Of a stretch of DNA of 64,000 bases, positions 52,370 through 64,000 are shown one piece after another. The notes beneath the pieces are model-generated. The model did not search any database and had not been told where the DNA came from. It was given only the letters and a program-made list of their open reading frames with translations. Each line of letters begins with the position of its first letter. Position 1 is the stretch's first letter. The stretch covers positions 209,567,741 to 209,631,740 of the forward strand of contig CM041465.1 of NCBI GenBank assembly GCA_023213395.1. The letters run 5' to 3'. This DNA comes from Cycas panzhihuaensis. Taxonomy: Eukaryota > Plantae > Cycadophyta. The position numbers and the translations under genes were made by a program.

Positions 52370-52799
52370 CTTTTTGTCTTCCTGTGTCACATAAATACCA
52401 TATATAATAATATCAGCTGCATTGAACCCATGCATACTAGATGGTTTATTCAGAATGCAATCATTGAAGTATTGACAACATCAGACACCATAGCCTAAGC
52501 AACAAACAAGAGGAACGGTTGGATAACAACTACGACCATTCATACTGTAGATGATTTGATCCGTCGTTACCTCAAGGGTAAAGACAAACCATGAAGTCTG
52601 CGCCTCTCGGCACTCTCCTACACCTCCATTCTCAGACTAGGTTGATAGGCCATGTTCATTACTTGCCCCAAGCATAGGTTTGCAACAGTGGCATCTTGAA
52701 GGAAGTGGTGGATGGTACGTAGGTTGCAACGACGCCCTGAACATTTCAAATGATTTTTTAATTATATTTTTTGTTATAAAATTTTATAAAAATTAAATT

Positions 52800-55512
52800 C
52801 AATCGAATAATAGTTGACTTCTAAGGTTTTAAAAATCCTAGCCCCTCATTAGCCTCATCCCCTAGTCCCACTCAATCACCATATGACCTTTAGCCCATTT
52901 CAAAAGGGGCTTTTCACTTTATAATATTTTTTTCCTTTTATTTTTAAATTTTTTTTTATCTTACATAGGGTTACTGGCAAATGTTTGCCATAACTCCTCA
53001 CTGGCTCATCAGTTTTTAATGAAACCAATTTCATTACGTCAGAAATGTTTTTAAGATTGATTTTAACTAGTCATATGACCTATTTTGACCTAATTTGACC
53101 CCGTTTCAGTCGATTTAAAGTCAATCAGTCATTTTTTAAGTATTTTTAAAAACTTTTTTATAAAATCACTTTTAAACTAATTATATTTTATTATTGGGAA
53201 ATTATTTTCTACCCAGATCTATTCTACAATGATCTACTTTCAATAAACTTCATTACCAACCATTTATTTTAATTTTTAGAATTTATTTTGATCATTATTT
53301 TAATCGCCAAATGTGGCACTTTAGTGGTTTTCAACATTTTTTTAACTTTTTAACATAAAAGTACTTATTACCATTTTTACTATAATTTATTTGTTTGTAT
53401 CAAAATTTAGTTCTGTCAGTTTCAGTGAGAAATTAACTCACCCCCCTTCTATTTGACACTATTTTTTTATAAGATTTGAAGTGGTTTTACTGATTTTCGA
53501 ATCGTTCAAAGTTAAGGTACTTAATAACCTCTAATCTATCATTATTACACTTTTCATATATTATTTCTCAAAATTTTTTAATTGAAAATCTATTAAGTAG
53601 CTCTCTAAGATATATTTGATTATTTTACAATATTCTATAAAGTTTTATTGGCAATTTTATACTATTTTGAGCTCCCTGCTCCTGTTAGTCCTCAAAAATA
53701 GATTTGTAGCTTTGAATCATAAAAAAATGACTTGTAGGAACCCATTTTCAAAATGGTTAGTTTCATTAGATACATATTTTACTTATCTTTATACTAGTGA
53801 AGTTTCATATTATTCTGACATTATTTAATATAGCTTTGAAGTTGCCAAACTTGAACTTATCCTCTAAACCTTTCTTTTAAGGAGTACAACATTTTTTATT
53901 CAAAAGTTTCTTTATATTCTTTATATTTCAAAGTGAAAATGCTCATATACATTTAAGTTTCAACATTATATATTATTATTAAGGCAAATGATTTATTACA
54001 TTGAAAGGTTGTATTTATTCATTTAAAGAAAATCAAAAGGTTAAAAATTATTTTTTATCATCAAAGTTTATTTCTAATTTGCTTAGGATATTTATTACAT
54101 TCAAATTTGCTCTTATATTTACTTTATCTCAAAGGTTATTCAAAAGGCATACACTTATTGAAAATCCTTTTTATCATTATCAGAAGGATCATTTCCTTTT
54201 TTGTGCCTAGTTGATTGACTTTCAAAGGGCATTACATCTCCTTCAAAAAGTTTATTTGAAATCATATATGTTCATTGGTTTACTGACTTTTTAACTTGGT
54301 AAAAGTATACATTTTATGTACTAAAGTTTTTTCTTAAAATGGCACAATTTCCTATATTCGATGGGCACAATTTTTCACTATGGCATAAGACTATGCAAGA
54401 TTATTTCATTACACATGATCTTCTGAAATATTTATAATGTGAATGCGATCTTAGTATTAAAGAAAATTTTAGAAAGGATAATGAAGTCTTAGGACTATTA
54501 TTTGGCTCTATAAATGATAATGTTTTTTCTAAAGTATGAGAATTAATAACTTCTAAATCCGTTTGGGATATTTTAATTTCTACTTATTGGGGAGATACCC
54601 TCAATGTATTTAATGTTAATTTTGTTGAGCATGTGAGACATGTGCCAGAACAGGTGAATTATAATGAAAAGACCAAGGAATATATATATGAAATGCATGA
54701 TCAACTTGCTACACAAGTATCTAATCCTCTATTTGAGGGGGAGAATGAATCTTATGATATGACAATGAAAGGTGATGATGATTTGACAGTTGTTCACAAT
54801 GCAAAGTTTCCAGAAAATAAATTTCAAGTTCAAAGTTTTTTTAATTCTCCAGTTGATAAACTCAAAGTTGTAGTTATTCACCTTTGTACAAATCAGGCTT
54901 CATTTACCTACATTTTTTCTATACCACTTCATGATAGAAGGACATATATTGGAGAAAGGTTAAAGCAAGTTGATAATAATCAAGTTAAGAGACAGATTTT
55001 TAAAGTTTTTTTCAAATATAAATTTCATGAGTTCAAAGAGAAGATACAAGTATTCATGATGACCATTAAGGGGGAAAATGTTAGAGTTAATAGTCATCAC
55101 TCCACTCATACCTTCCAACCAGGGGAGCACATCTCATCATTATCATTTTACACATGTGGGTGCTTAACATGTGTAGGTAAGTTAAGGTGAGTTTATGTTA
55201 ATTTGAGTTAAGTTTACTTTAAGTTAAGTTTGTATTATTTTATTGTAATTTAAATTTCAGGGGTTGAAGAGTTTCCCTCCTCCCCCAAAATTATAAATAT
55301 TGAGGGGTGCAACTCTAGTGTCTTTAGACACTACCTACAACATTGGATATTTGTAACTCTCTTCAATATGGATTGAATACAATGGCTTTCATGTTTATGC
55401 TACAATGATCTATTGAGTTTTGATTATTTGATTCATGTTCTGCCCTGTTCTCCTGCATATTATTTCCTTCATTTGGTATCAGAGCTTAGTTTAGCTCTAT
55501 TATTTTCCTACA
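52800..55512 (+). mobile_element. Non-autonomous mini-gag LTR element E (relative of D), 5' LTR missing
   Basis: PPT attaagggggaa ~55065-55076; LTR 55079-55512 distantly alignable with the D LTR, with an internal PBS at 55474-55485; left boundary approximate. Confidence 0.75.
54339..55190 (+). pseudogene. Mini-gag frame of element E
   Basis: MAQFPIFDGHNFSLWHKTMQDYF...DNEVLGLLFGSINDNVFSKV*ELITSKSVWDIL is in frame with ORF 54633-55190 (...FKVFFKYKFHEFKEKIQVFMMTIKGE); two point stops. Confidence 0.8.
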
Positions 55513-55904
55513 ATGAGGTCACCCTCTTAAAGAAGCTAGTGATATTGTAAGTGATTAATTCATAAATATAATCTACTAATTTTTGTTATATTTTAGTCTT
55601 ATATATTTACACTCTATTATTTCTAATTTTATTATTATAAGTACTATCAAAGCAAATAGTATTGAAGCTCTTTATAAGGCTAAGTTTTGTAGGAGCAATA
55701 AATTTTAGTGACTTAATACAACTACCCACTATTTTTGGATAAGCACATTTCAACGTATAAAGTGGTATGGGAGTAATCTCTCTAATACCTAAGTCTTAAA
55801 CAACATTTATAGATGGACTTAAGCCTCCATGTACCCTTAAGTGTATTGGACGACACTTTAGAGATAAAAGAGACTTAGCCATAAGAAGCCATTAGGCATC
55901 TAAA

Positions 55905-58900
55905 TGAAGAGAAAATATAATCATAGAAGAGCAATGCGATAATAGAACTTTAAACCATACAAAGAACAAATAATATAAATAAGCCAAGAACACAATAAAG
56001 AACACTAGGACATTCAGGTCTAAGCATAGACCTTTTATTAATCTAAGCAATAACTAAAGAATTACAGAGATGAATAAACACCAACTCTTCTCATCCACTC
56101 ATCAAAGTCTCATCCATACTATGTTACATGTGTTGTTATATAAGAATATATAGATATAATATTACAAGATACTACCTTTTGGTTTTACAATACAATGGGT
56201 ATAAATTACGGGCTGACAAAGACCCTTATAAAACACCTAAAATTTTTTCTCAAGGGCTCCTTCCCCAAAACCCCTACTTGGAGAGCTACTAGCCCCCTAG
56301 ACCCCCCAGCCCGGGGCTCATTGTTGGGCCCCAAAACCCCATAAAGAGGTTTAGGTGTAATGCCTGTACCTATGTAACACTTATAATGTGTTCAACATAT
56401 CTAATAATCTCCTACTTGTTGAGCACTTTACAAGAAACCTACATACACAACTACTTAATGCCAAAATCACAAATACCCATTGTATTTCTATATCATCTAA
56501 AATTTTTTGTACTAAAAATCTTTGTCAATGAGTCTATTGCATTCTCTTATATAACAATCTTTTGTAAATCCACCTTATAATCTTGAACTATTTCTCTTAC
56601 AAAATGGAACTGCACATTAATATACTTCAATTGAGTATGAAAAATGGGATTCTTTGCTAGGTAGATTATACTTTAATTATTGTAATCTATCCTCACAACA
56701 TCCTATTTGAAGCTCATATCTATGTATAATTTCTATAACCAAACCACTTCCTTGCATATATGAGTAGCTACCATATACTCAACTTTTATGCAAAAAAGTG
56801 CCATAACTTACTATCTTTTACTCATCTAGCTGACTGCACTACCATAAAGGGTAAAAACATACCTATTTGTAGATCTTCTATTGTTATGATCTCTAGCCCA
56901 ATTAGTATTAACAAAACCTCTCAGGTTCACTATTCTACTCTATATGGGATCTCCTTCATAGAAAATTCCATAGTTTGATGTACCTCATAGATACCTAAAT
57001 TTTTTTTTCATAGCCACCCAATGCTTCCTGCTTGGGTTTGACATATATCTGCTAACTACTCCCACTACATGAGTAATGTCTGGTTGAGTGTAAACCATTG
57101 CATATATCAAGCTGCCAACAATATTAGTATAAGGGATAAATTCCATGTCTTTAACTTCTTGGTAAGTCTTTGGGCATTGTTTAATTGATAATTTTAAACT
57201 AACAGGGAGAGGAACATTAATTAGTTTACTATCTTGCAACCTGAGTCACTATAATATTATCTCAATGTACTATCTTTGGCTAAGCTAAATCTTCTTATTT
57301 CTCTTATCCCTTTTAATCTCAATGTCCAAAATAAAATATGTAGTACCAAGGTCCTTCATCTCAAAATGAGATTCCAGTTAGCCTTTCACAAGTTGGTTCA
57401 TTTTTTTATTGTTACTAACTAAAAGAATGTCATCAACATATAAAGCCAGAATAACAAAATGATCACCAACCTGCTTATAATAAATATAATGATCTAGTTT
57501 AATATGCACAAAGCCATCCACCAATATATATAAATCGAATTTATGATACTATATCCTTGGTGACTATTTGAAGTCATATAATAACTTCTTCAACCTGCAT
57601 ACCATATTCTCCTTCCTTGTAGCTTCAAACCCTTCAAGTCTTTCTTCCTTGAGATCACCATGAAAAAATATAGTTTTCATATCCATTTGATCCACTTCAA
57701 GGTCATAGGAAATTGCTACAACTAATAAAAATCTAATTAAATTAACTTTTGTAACATGAGAAAATACCTCACCAAAATCTATTCCCTTGACCTGTGAATA
57801 GCCCTTTACTACCAAGTGAGACTTATACTTTTCCACAGTACCATATGCCTAAAACTTCTTCTTAAAAGTCCATTTGTTATTAATAGGTTTTTTGCCATCA
57901 GGTAGATTCACCAAATCCCATGTGTTATTTTTATCCAAGGTCATTGTTTCTTCAAGCATGGCCTTCATCTAGAGATGGGTTTCTTTTGACTCCAAAGCCT
58001 CCTAAATAGTACCTAGATCATCATATATAGCAGATAAAACAAAAAAAGAAGCGAAGAAAGTCTTCAAGAATATACCTATGAGGCTGTCTTCTCTCATGAG
58101 TTGATATCCTCAAGATGTGGGGTTTTTGAGTTTAAGCTACCTCTATAACTAGTCCTTCCTCTTCAGTTGACTCATATTCTAATGTAGAATCTTCATCCCT
58201 TACCTCAAATTATACCTTCTTAGAGTGTTCCTCCTTTGGTTCTTCATCCTACTGTAGAGACTTAAACTCCTCTCTAAAGACAACATCACAACTATACACA
58301 ACCTTTTATGTTTTAAGGTTATAAAGCTTATACCCTTTAATGCCATCACCATAGCCAATGAAAATAGTCTTTTGTGCTTTGAAATTAAGCTTAGTCATTT
58401 GTTATATAGGAACATGCACAAAAGCTTCACAACTAAAAACTCTAAGATGACCAAGAGATGGTTTCTTACTAAACCACACTTCTTCAAGTGTTTTGTATAC
58501 TAAGGTAGTTGTTGGTAATCTATTTATCATGTAGCTTGTAGTCATCACATCCTCATCCCAGAATTTCTTCTCTAATCTAGTAGCACTAAGCACACTTCTT
58601 AATCTCTCTAGTAAGGTCCTATTCATTCTTTCAACAACTCCATTTTATAGTGGCGTATAGGAAATTGTCTTTTGTCTTGCTATCTTATATTACTTATAGA
58701 ACTTTTCAAACTCCTTTGAGAAAAACCCATCTCTATTATCAATCCTTAGTATATTAATCTACCTGTCACTCTAACTCTCAACTAAGGAATTGAATTCTTT
58801 AAATTTACTGGAGACTTTAAATTTCTCCCTGAGGGCAACCATATCTTTCTCAAGAAATCATTTATGACTAAGACAAAGTCTTTGTACCCACCCAATGAGG

Positions 58901-60995
58901 GCACATCAATAGGTCTAAAAACATCGTTGTGTACTAATTATAGAATACCTTTTGCTCTCTTTAAGCTTGAAGGAAAACAGACCCAATTCTATTTGTTATA
59001 CACACAATGCTCATATAAATCAAAATCAAAGGAGCCATTAATTTTAGAAATATCTTCTACAATATCTTTGGAAATTAAATCATGGAAGCCTTTATCTCTA
59101 ATATGGCCCAATCTCTGATACCATAACATAGTTTTACTAACAAATGATATTTGGGTCTCACCTGCATTATTGCTACTTTCTGTAATAGTTGGACTGCAGC
59201 TACCAACACACACTGTGCTTGTATTAAGCTTGTATAGTATTCCAAATCAGACCCCTCTTGCTAACACCAATGCTTCTCGAACCGTTCTACAATTATTTTT
59301 ATTGAAAATCACTTCTATTCTTGCATCACCCAATTAACTAATATATAACAAACTCATAGCTAAACCAGGAATATGACTTATATTAGGGATAGTTTTAACC
59401 CTTCCATCCCCAAATTGAACCTTCACCCTTCCACGACCTACAATTTTATATAGGTAATGATCCCCAAGAAATACTTCACCTCTATCAATACTTATGTATT
59501 TATAAAACTAGTCCCTATGGGGAGTAACATAAAGTGAAGCACCAAAGTCAATTAACTAAGACTCAACATTTGACAACTTACCTAAGGTTGCCAAGTAAAC
59601 ATTATCATTAGCTTCATCATAGGCTCTTACTATCATGGAAGAGTAACTTCAGGTGACTTTCTCTTATCTACCTTGACTCAATATTGGCTCTTCATATAAC
59701 TAGCCTTCTTACATCTCCAATATACCAAGGGGCCTTTGCTTAGAGATTTGGATTTTCCTCTGGATTTTGGCCATTTGTTCTTAGGCCTTTGTTGGTCACG
59801 ATCCAACATTTGATCTCTAACTTCTAATGTTTCTTTCAAATAACCCTTAGAAGATTTTTGCTTTATTTTTCTAATAATAATCAACACTTACATCATCAAA
59901 ATTTAGGGTAGGAGTAACTGTGCTACTAATTATCATCATAAGATTATCCCAAGAATAAGGAAGCAAACATAACAAGGTAATACACTTATCTTCTTCAGAC
60001 ATTATTACCCTAACTAAAACAATTTGGCTCACCATGGTGTTAAATGTAGTGAGATAATTTGCAGTTACATCTCCATCACTCATCTTGAGTGAATACTATT
60101 TTTTCTAACGAAATAGCTTATTAACCAAGGACTTAGTCTGATATAAAGCCTCTCACTTTCTCCATAGATCTTTGGCCATAGACTGTGTAGTAACATTCAA
60201 CAACGTCGTGTCTAAAAGGTATAACCTTATCAAACAGATTGCCTTTTGATCAAGCTTCTTCCAGTCTTCATCATCCATAGTCGTAGGCTTTGTTCCTACT
60301 ACAATGATCCACTAATCCTTCTCGATGAGGATATCTTTTATCTTTAGCTTCTATAACTCAAAGTTTAGGCTATTAAACTTTTTAATCTCCATCTTTGTGG
60401 TGCTTGCCATGATCTTCACATTCAAGTTCATCAAACAAGGCTCTTACTTACCAAATAGCTTCCCATAAAACTAAAACCCTTAGCTCTAATACCAAATGAA
60501 GAGAAAATATAACTATAGAAGAGTAATGCGATAACAGAACTTTAAACCATACAAAGAATAAATAGCACCAGCAAGCTAAGCACATAATAAAGAACACCAG
60601 GAGATTAAGGTCTAAGTATAGGCCTTTGATAATATAAGCAACAAGTAAATAATTACAAAGATGAATAAACCTAAACTCTTCTCATTGACTCATTAAAGAC
60701 TCATCCATACCATATTACATATGCCATTATATAAAAAAATCTAGACACAACATTATAAGATACTACCTTGTGGTTTTACAATATAATAGGCATAAACCAT
60801 GGGCTAACAAAGACCCCCATAAGACACCCAAATTTTTTTTTTGGAGGCTCTTGCCCCTAAACTCCCTCTTGGGGGGCCGTTGGCCCCTTAGACCCCCTAG
60901 TTGGGGGTCCTACAATAGGCCCCTAGACCCCATAAAATGGCTTGAGTATAATGCTTATACCTATGTAACACTTGCAAAGTGTTCAACATATCTAA
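55905..60995 (-). mobile_element. Full-length decayed Ty1/copia element G (Tnt1/Tork-like)
   Basis: LTRs 55905-56406 and 60497-60995, reverse PBS gctctaatacca 60483-60494, reverse PPT atctcctactt at 56407, TSD ctaaa/ctaaa. Confidence 0.93.
56420..60410 (-). pseudogene. Copia G gag-pol, decayed
   Basis: MASTTKMEIKKFN; LLCLLPYSWDNL; LWYQRLGHI; MNRTLLERLRSVLS; KYKSHLVVKGYSQVKGIDFGEVF; IPYTNIVGSLIYAMVYTQPDI. Confidence 0.93.
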
Positions 60996-61699
60996 CTAAA
61001 TCTATGGTGCACTAGTAATTAATTTACCCCAAGTAGCTAGTCTCTTTGTATCTTATAGATGAAATAATGCAACTATAGGTATAGTGGAATCCTCCATAGT
61101 TAGTATTCTAAAATATTGGGCTAGTTTACTAGGTATGAATGCGATAAATATATTAAAGAGGCTACATATCAAATACACCTTAAACTTAGAAATTTCCCAC
61201 ATCATAGTCATAGATATATTTTGGAAGTAATTAGTGTTCTAAAAATTTTGAGATAGTTGCAATAAGTATTTTATAAACCATGATGAATTTGGCTATTTTG
61301 ATAACATAAGTAATCTGGGTAAGAAAGAAAAAAAAGGGTAAAAAATAGTGTTTGATTAAAATTTTTTATCTTTTTTCCACATATTCCAAATTAATCCTCT
61401 TATCATGTTGATCCTTTTGGTATAGCCCCTTGGTAACCCTGTCGAAAGACCCTAAGAAACTAATATGGCTAGTGGCTGTAAATCTCAAGACCTCTCTTTA
61501 TAAAAGTTATGTGATGGAATCAAAGTAATCTAGTAAATATAGTTTGCTATGCTCCAATAATTATCTAAGTTAAATAAGTTAGATAATATTAATGATTTTG
61601 ATAGCAGATTGACTCGACTTCATACTAAATATAATACCATGAACCAACAAGTCTAATAGAGTGGACACTTATCTAAGTAACAAAGTGCTAATATGAGCT

Positions 61700-64000
61700 A
61701 ATAATCTTCTAATGGACATTAGGTAAGTGGAACACCACATGCACCTAAATTAGATTTTCCTAAATTTAATGGTGATGATCTCACATTATAGAATAGTATC
61801 TCTTTATTTATTAAACTTTTATTCATTAAGAAGTCCCCATAGATCTATTCCACCTAGAATATAAAGCCATCTGATACCACTAATGGTTGGAAAAAATATA
61901 TGGTATGCTCACATGGGTTTAATGTGGTAAATACCTACTCACAGGATGTGGCCCAAGTGAGTACAAGGACTTCACGTAGGTATTAATAAAACTAAGATAG
62001 ACTCATTCCATTTATGAATACCAAACATAGTTTGAGAAATTAGAAAACAAAATAATAAGGACTAATGATGTTTTTCCCAAAAGTTGCTTTATCAATGGCT
62101 CACACAAAGACATTCTTACTAAAGTTAAAATGTTCAAACTTTCCACCTTGATAAAAGATTTAGGTTGGCTAAATTAGCTAAGGATAAATATGCCATCCTA
62201 TGTTGTCTATTTAAAACTTTGTAAGTCTAATCTCCATAACTAATCTGACCAATCCTTACTTAAGGGACTCAACCACCACCAATCAAGTGTCTAACTGATG
62301 AGAAGATGGTTGCTTATAAAGTTAAAAGGATGTGTTACAATTATGATAAGAAATTTATACCATGCCATAAATGAACACAATAAAAAATTTATTTGTGAGA
62401 TGTTGAGATACCTTTTACATCTAACATGCTAGATGCCTTAGATGAAAGTCTAGATAAGGAACAAACTAAAGGGACCAATTTGAGTGATGACTCTATTCCT
62501 GAAATTTTAATGTATATAGTAGCATGGATCATCACAACCTAAACTATGAAGGTGTTGGTATACCTTGAAGGGTGTCACACAACCATTCTCATTGACTTAA
62601 GCAGTACCTATAACTTTATTAGTCCTCAAATAGCCAAATAGACTACCTGTTATGTATGCCCACTCACCAACTTTAAGGTGATAATAACTAATGGAGGAAC
62701 ATTGGCTTACAAGGGTAAATGCTAAAATGTCAAAAATTCAATGGAAGACTATAATTAAAATTAAATATATTTGCACTTTAGTTAGGTGGTTTTGACTTGG
62801 TTTTAAGAGCTCAATAGATTTATAGATTGAGATCTATCCTATGGGATTTTATAGAATTGTGGATGAAACTAATAATTAATGAGTATAAATACACCTTAGT
62901 AGGCATGATAACTAATCCAACCTAAATTATTAATTCACATCACATTGGAAAATTACTAAAAAGGGTTCCTCAAAAGGTTGTGGCTCAACTTTGTATGGTA
63001 TAAATGTCAAATGCGAAAGATATAATATCATATATAAATGCCTTTTTAGACTTGTAATAAATCCTTGGAAATAGTTCCCAAGTCTTTGTTGAACCCCGAG
63101 GATTACTGCCATAACATTTATATGACCATGTAATATAATTAATTTAGGGTAATCCACCATTAAATATTCAAACTTATTAATACCCTATATGTAGAAGATA
63201 GAAATTAAGAAGATGGTAAAGGAGTTACTTAAGGTAAGAGTCATTAAGCTAAGCATTAGCCCTTTTCCCTCCTTAATACTATTGCTCTAAAAGAAAGATA
63301 GATCATGATGGTTATATATAGATTTTTAAGAGCTAGATAAAATTATTATTAAAGATAAATTTTCTATTACTATAATTGAAGAACTATTAGATTAATTACA
63401 TGGTGCTCACTTCTTCTTTGTGTTAGATTTATGATTCATCTATCGCTAGATTCACATGTAAGAAGAAGATATCCCTAAGATAACTTTTTGAACTCATGAG
63501 TCTATTATGAATTTTTATTGATGTTATTTGGCCTAGCAAATATATCATCCATATTCTAGAGTTTGATAAATTAAAAAAATTAGCCATTCCTTGGAGATTT
63601 ATGTTAGTCTACTTTGATGACATTGTAGTTTATAATAAGATATGGGAGGATCATCTAATTCACTTAGACCAGACCTTACAACTCCTATTACAAAAGTAAT
63701 TGTATATGAAGCATTCTAAATGCCTTTTTAGTACCATGGAAGTTAAATACCATGGCTACATTATTTTGATAGAAAGTGTTAAGGTGGATCCCAAGAAAAT
63801 TGAGGACATATAAAACTTCCCTAAACTAAAAACTCTTGAAAGTCTTTAGGGATTTTTAGGCCTCATAGGTTATTACCATAAATTTGTTGAGGACTACAAA
63901 GAGTTTATAACTCCATTAACTACAATGCTAAAATAAAATGCATTCACATGGTTGAAACTAGCAAAGTGTGCCTTTAACCTTCTAAAAAATACCATATGCA
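61700..64000 (+). pseudogene. Chromovirus (Reina-like) Ty3/gypsy gag-protease-RT, decayed, running off the window
   Basis: PKLDFPKFNGDD gag; TILIDLSSTYNFIS protease; IKDKFSITIIEELLD*LHGA, EEDIPKITF*TH and YFDDIVVY RT motifs. Confidence 0.88.

Noticed and set aside
51010-52790. Helitron or Pack-MULE as carrier of the gene fragments
   Set aside because: No convincing subterminal hairpin plus CTRR end, TIRs or TSD could be identified; the carrier is left unassigned.
55513-61500. LTR of the right-hand chromovirus flanking copia G
   Set aside because: No clear termini or PBS, and no second copy in the window.
62930-63160. Minus-strand ORF suggesting an inversion
   Set aside because: The plus strand carries the normal protease-RT linker (VFVEPRGLLP...DHVI); the ORF is an antisense shadow.

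Overview
AT-rich, CpG-depleted plant intergenic DNA, gymnosperm-like by element types (inference). It consists almost entirely of nested, decayed retroelements and has no intact host gene, RNA gene or CRISPR array. In order: a minus-strand Tat-type Ty3/gypsy remnant interrupted by copia A (481-13408), which carries a composite insertion (3804-11692) in which copia B and a tiny TRIM-like element have swapped 5' LTRs and are joined tail-to-tail inside one TSD. Next come a ~5.9 kb tandem duplication of TE debris (16041-27868), a second gypsy remnant, and a gag-protease-only chromovirus derivative with an L1 in its 3' LTR. Two related non-autonomous 'mini-gag' LTR elements carry tandem U5-end+PBS units (38697-43279 and ~52800-55512). 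Also present are a minus-strand gag-only element, a truncated relative of copia B, a ~1.2 kb patch of host-gene fragments (CBL and others), a full-length decayed Tnt1/Tork-like copia (55905-60995) and a chromovirus gag-pol running off the right edge. LTR, PBS, PPT and TSD coordinates were counted by hand. Pseudogene boundaries are approximate, and family names come from motif recognition, not database searches.
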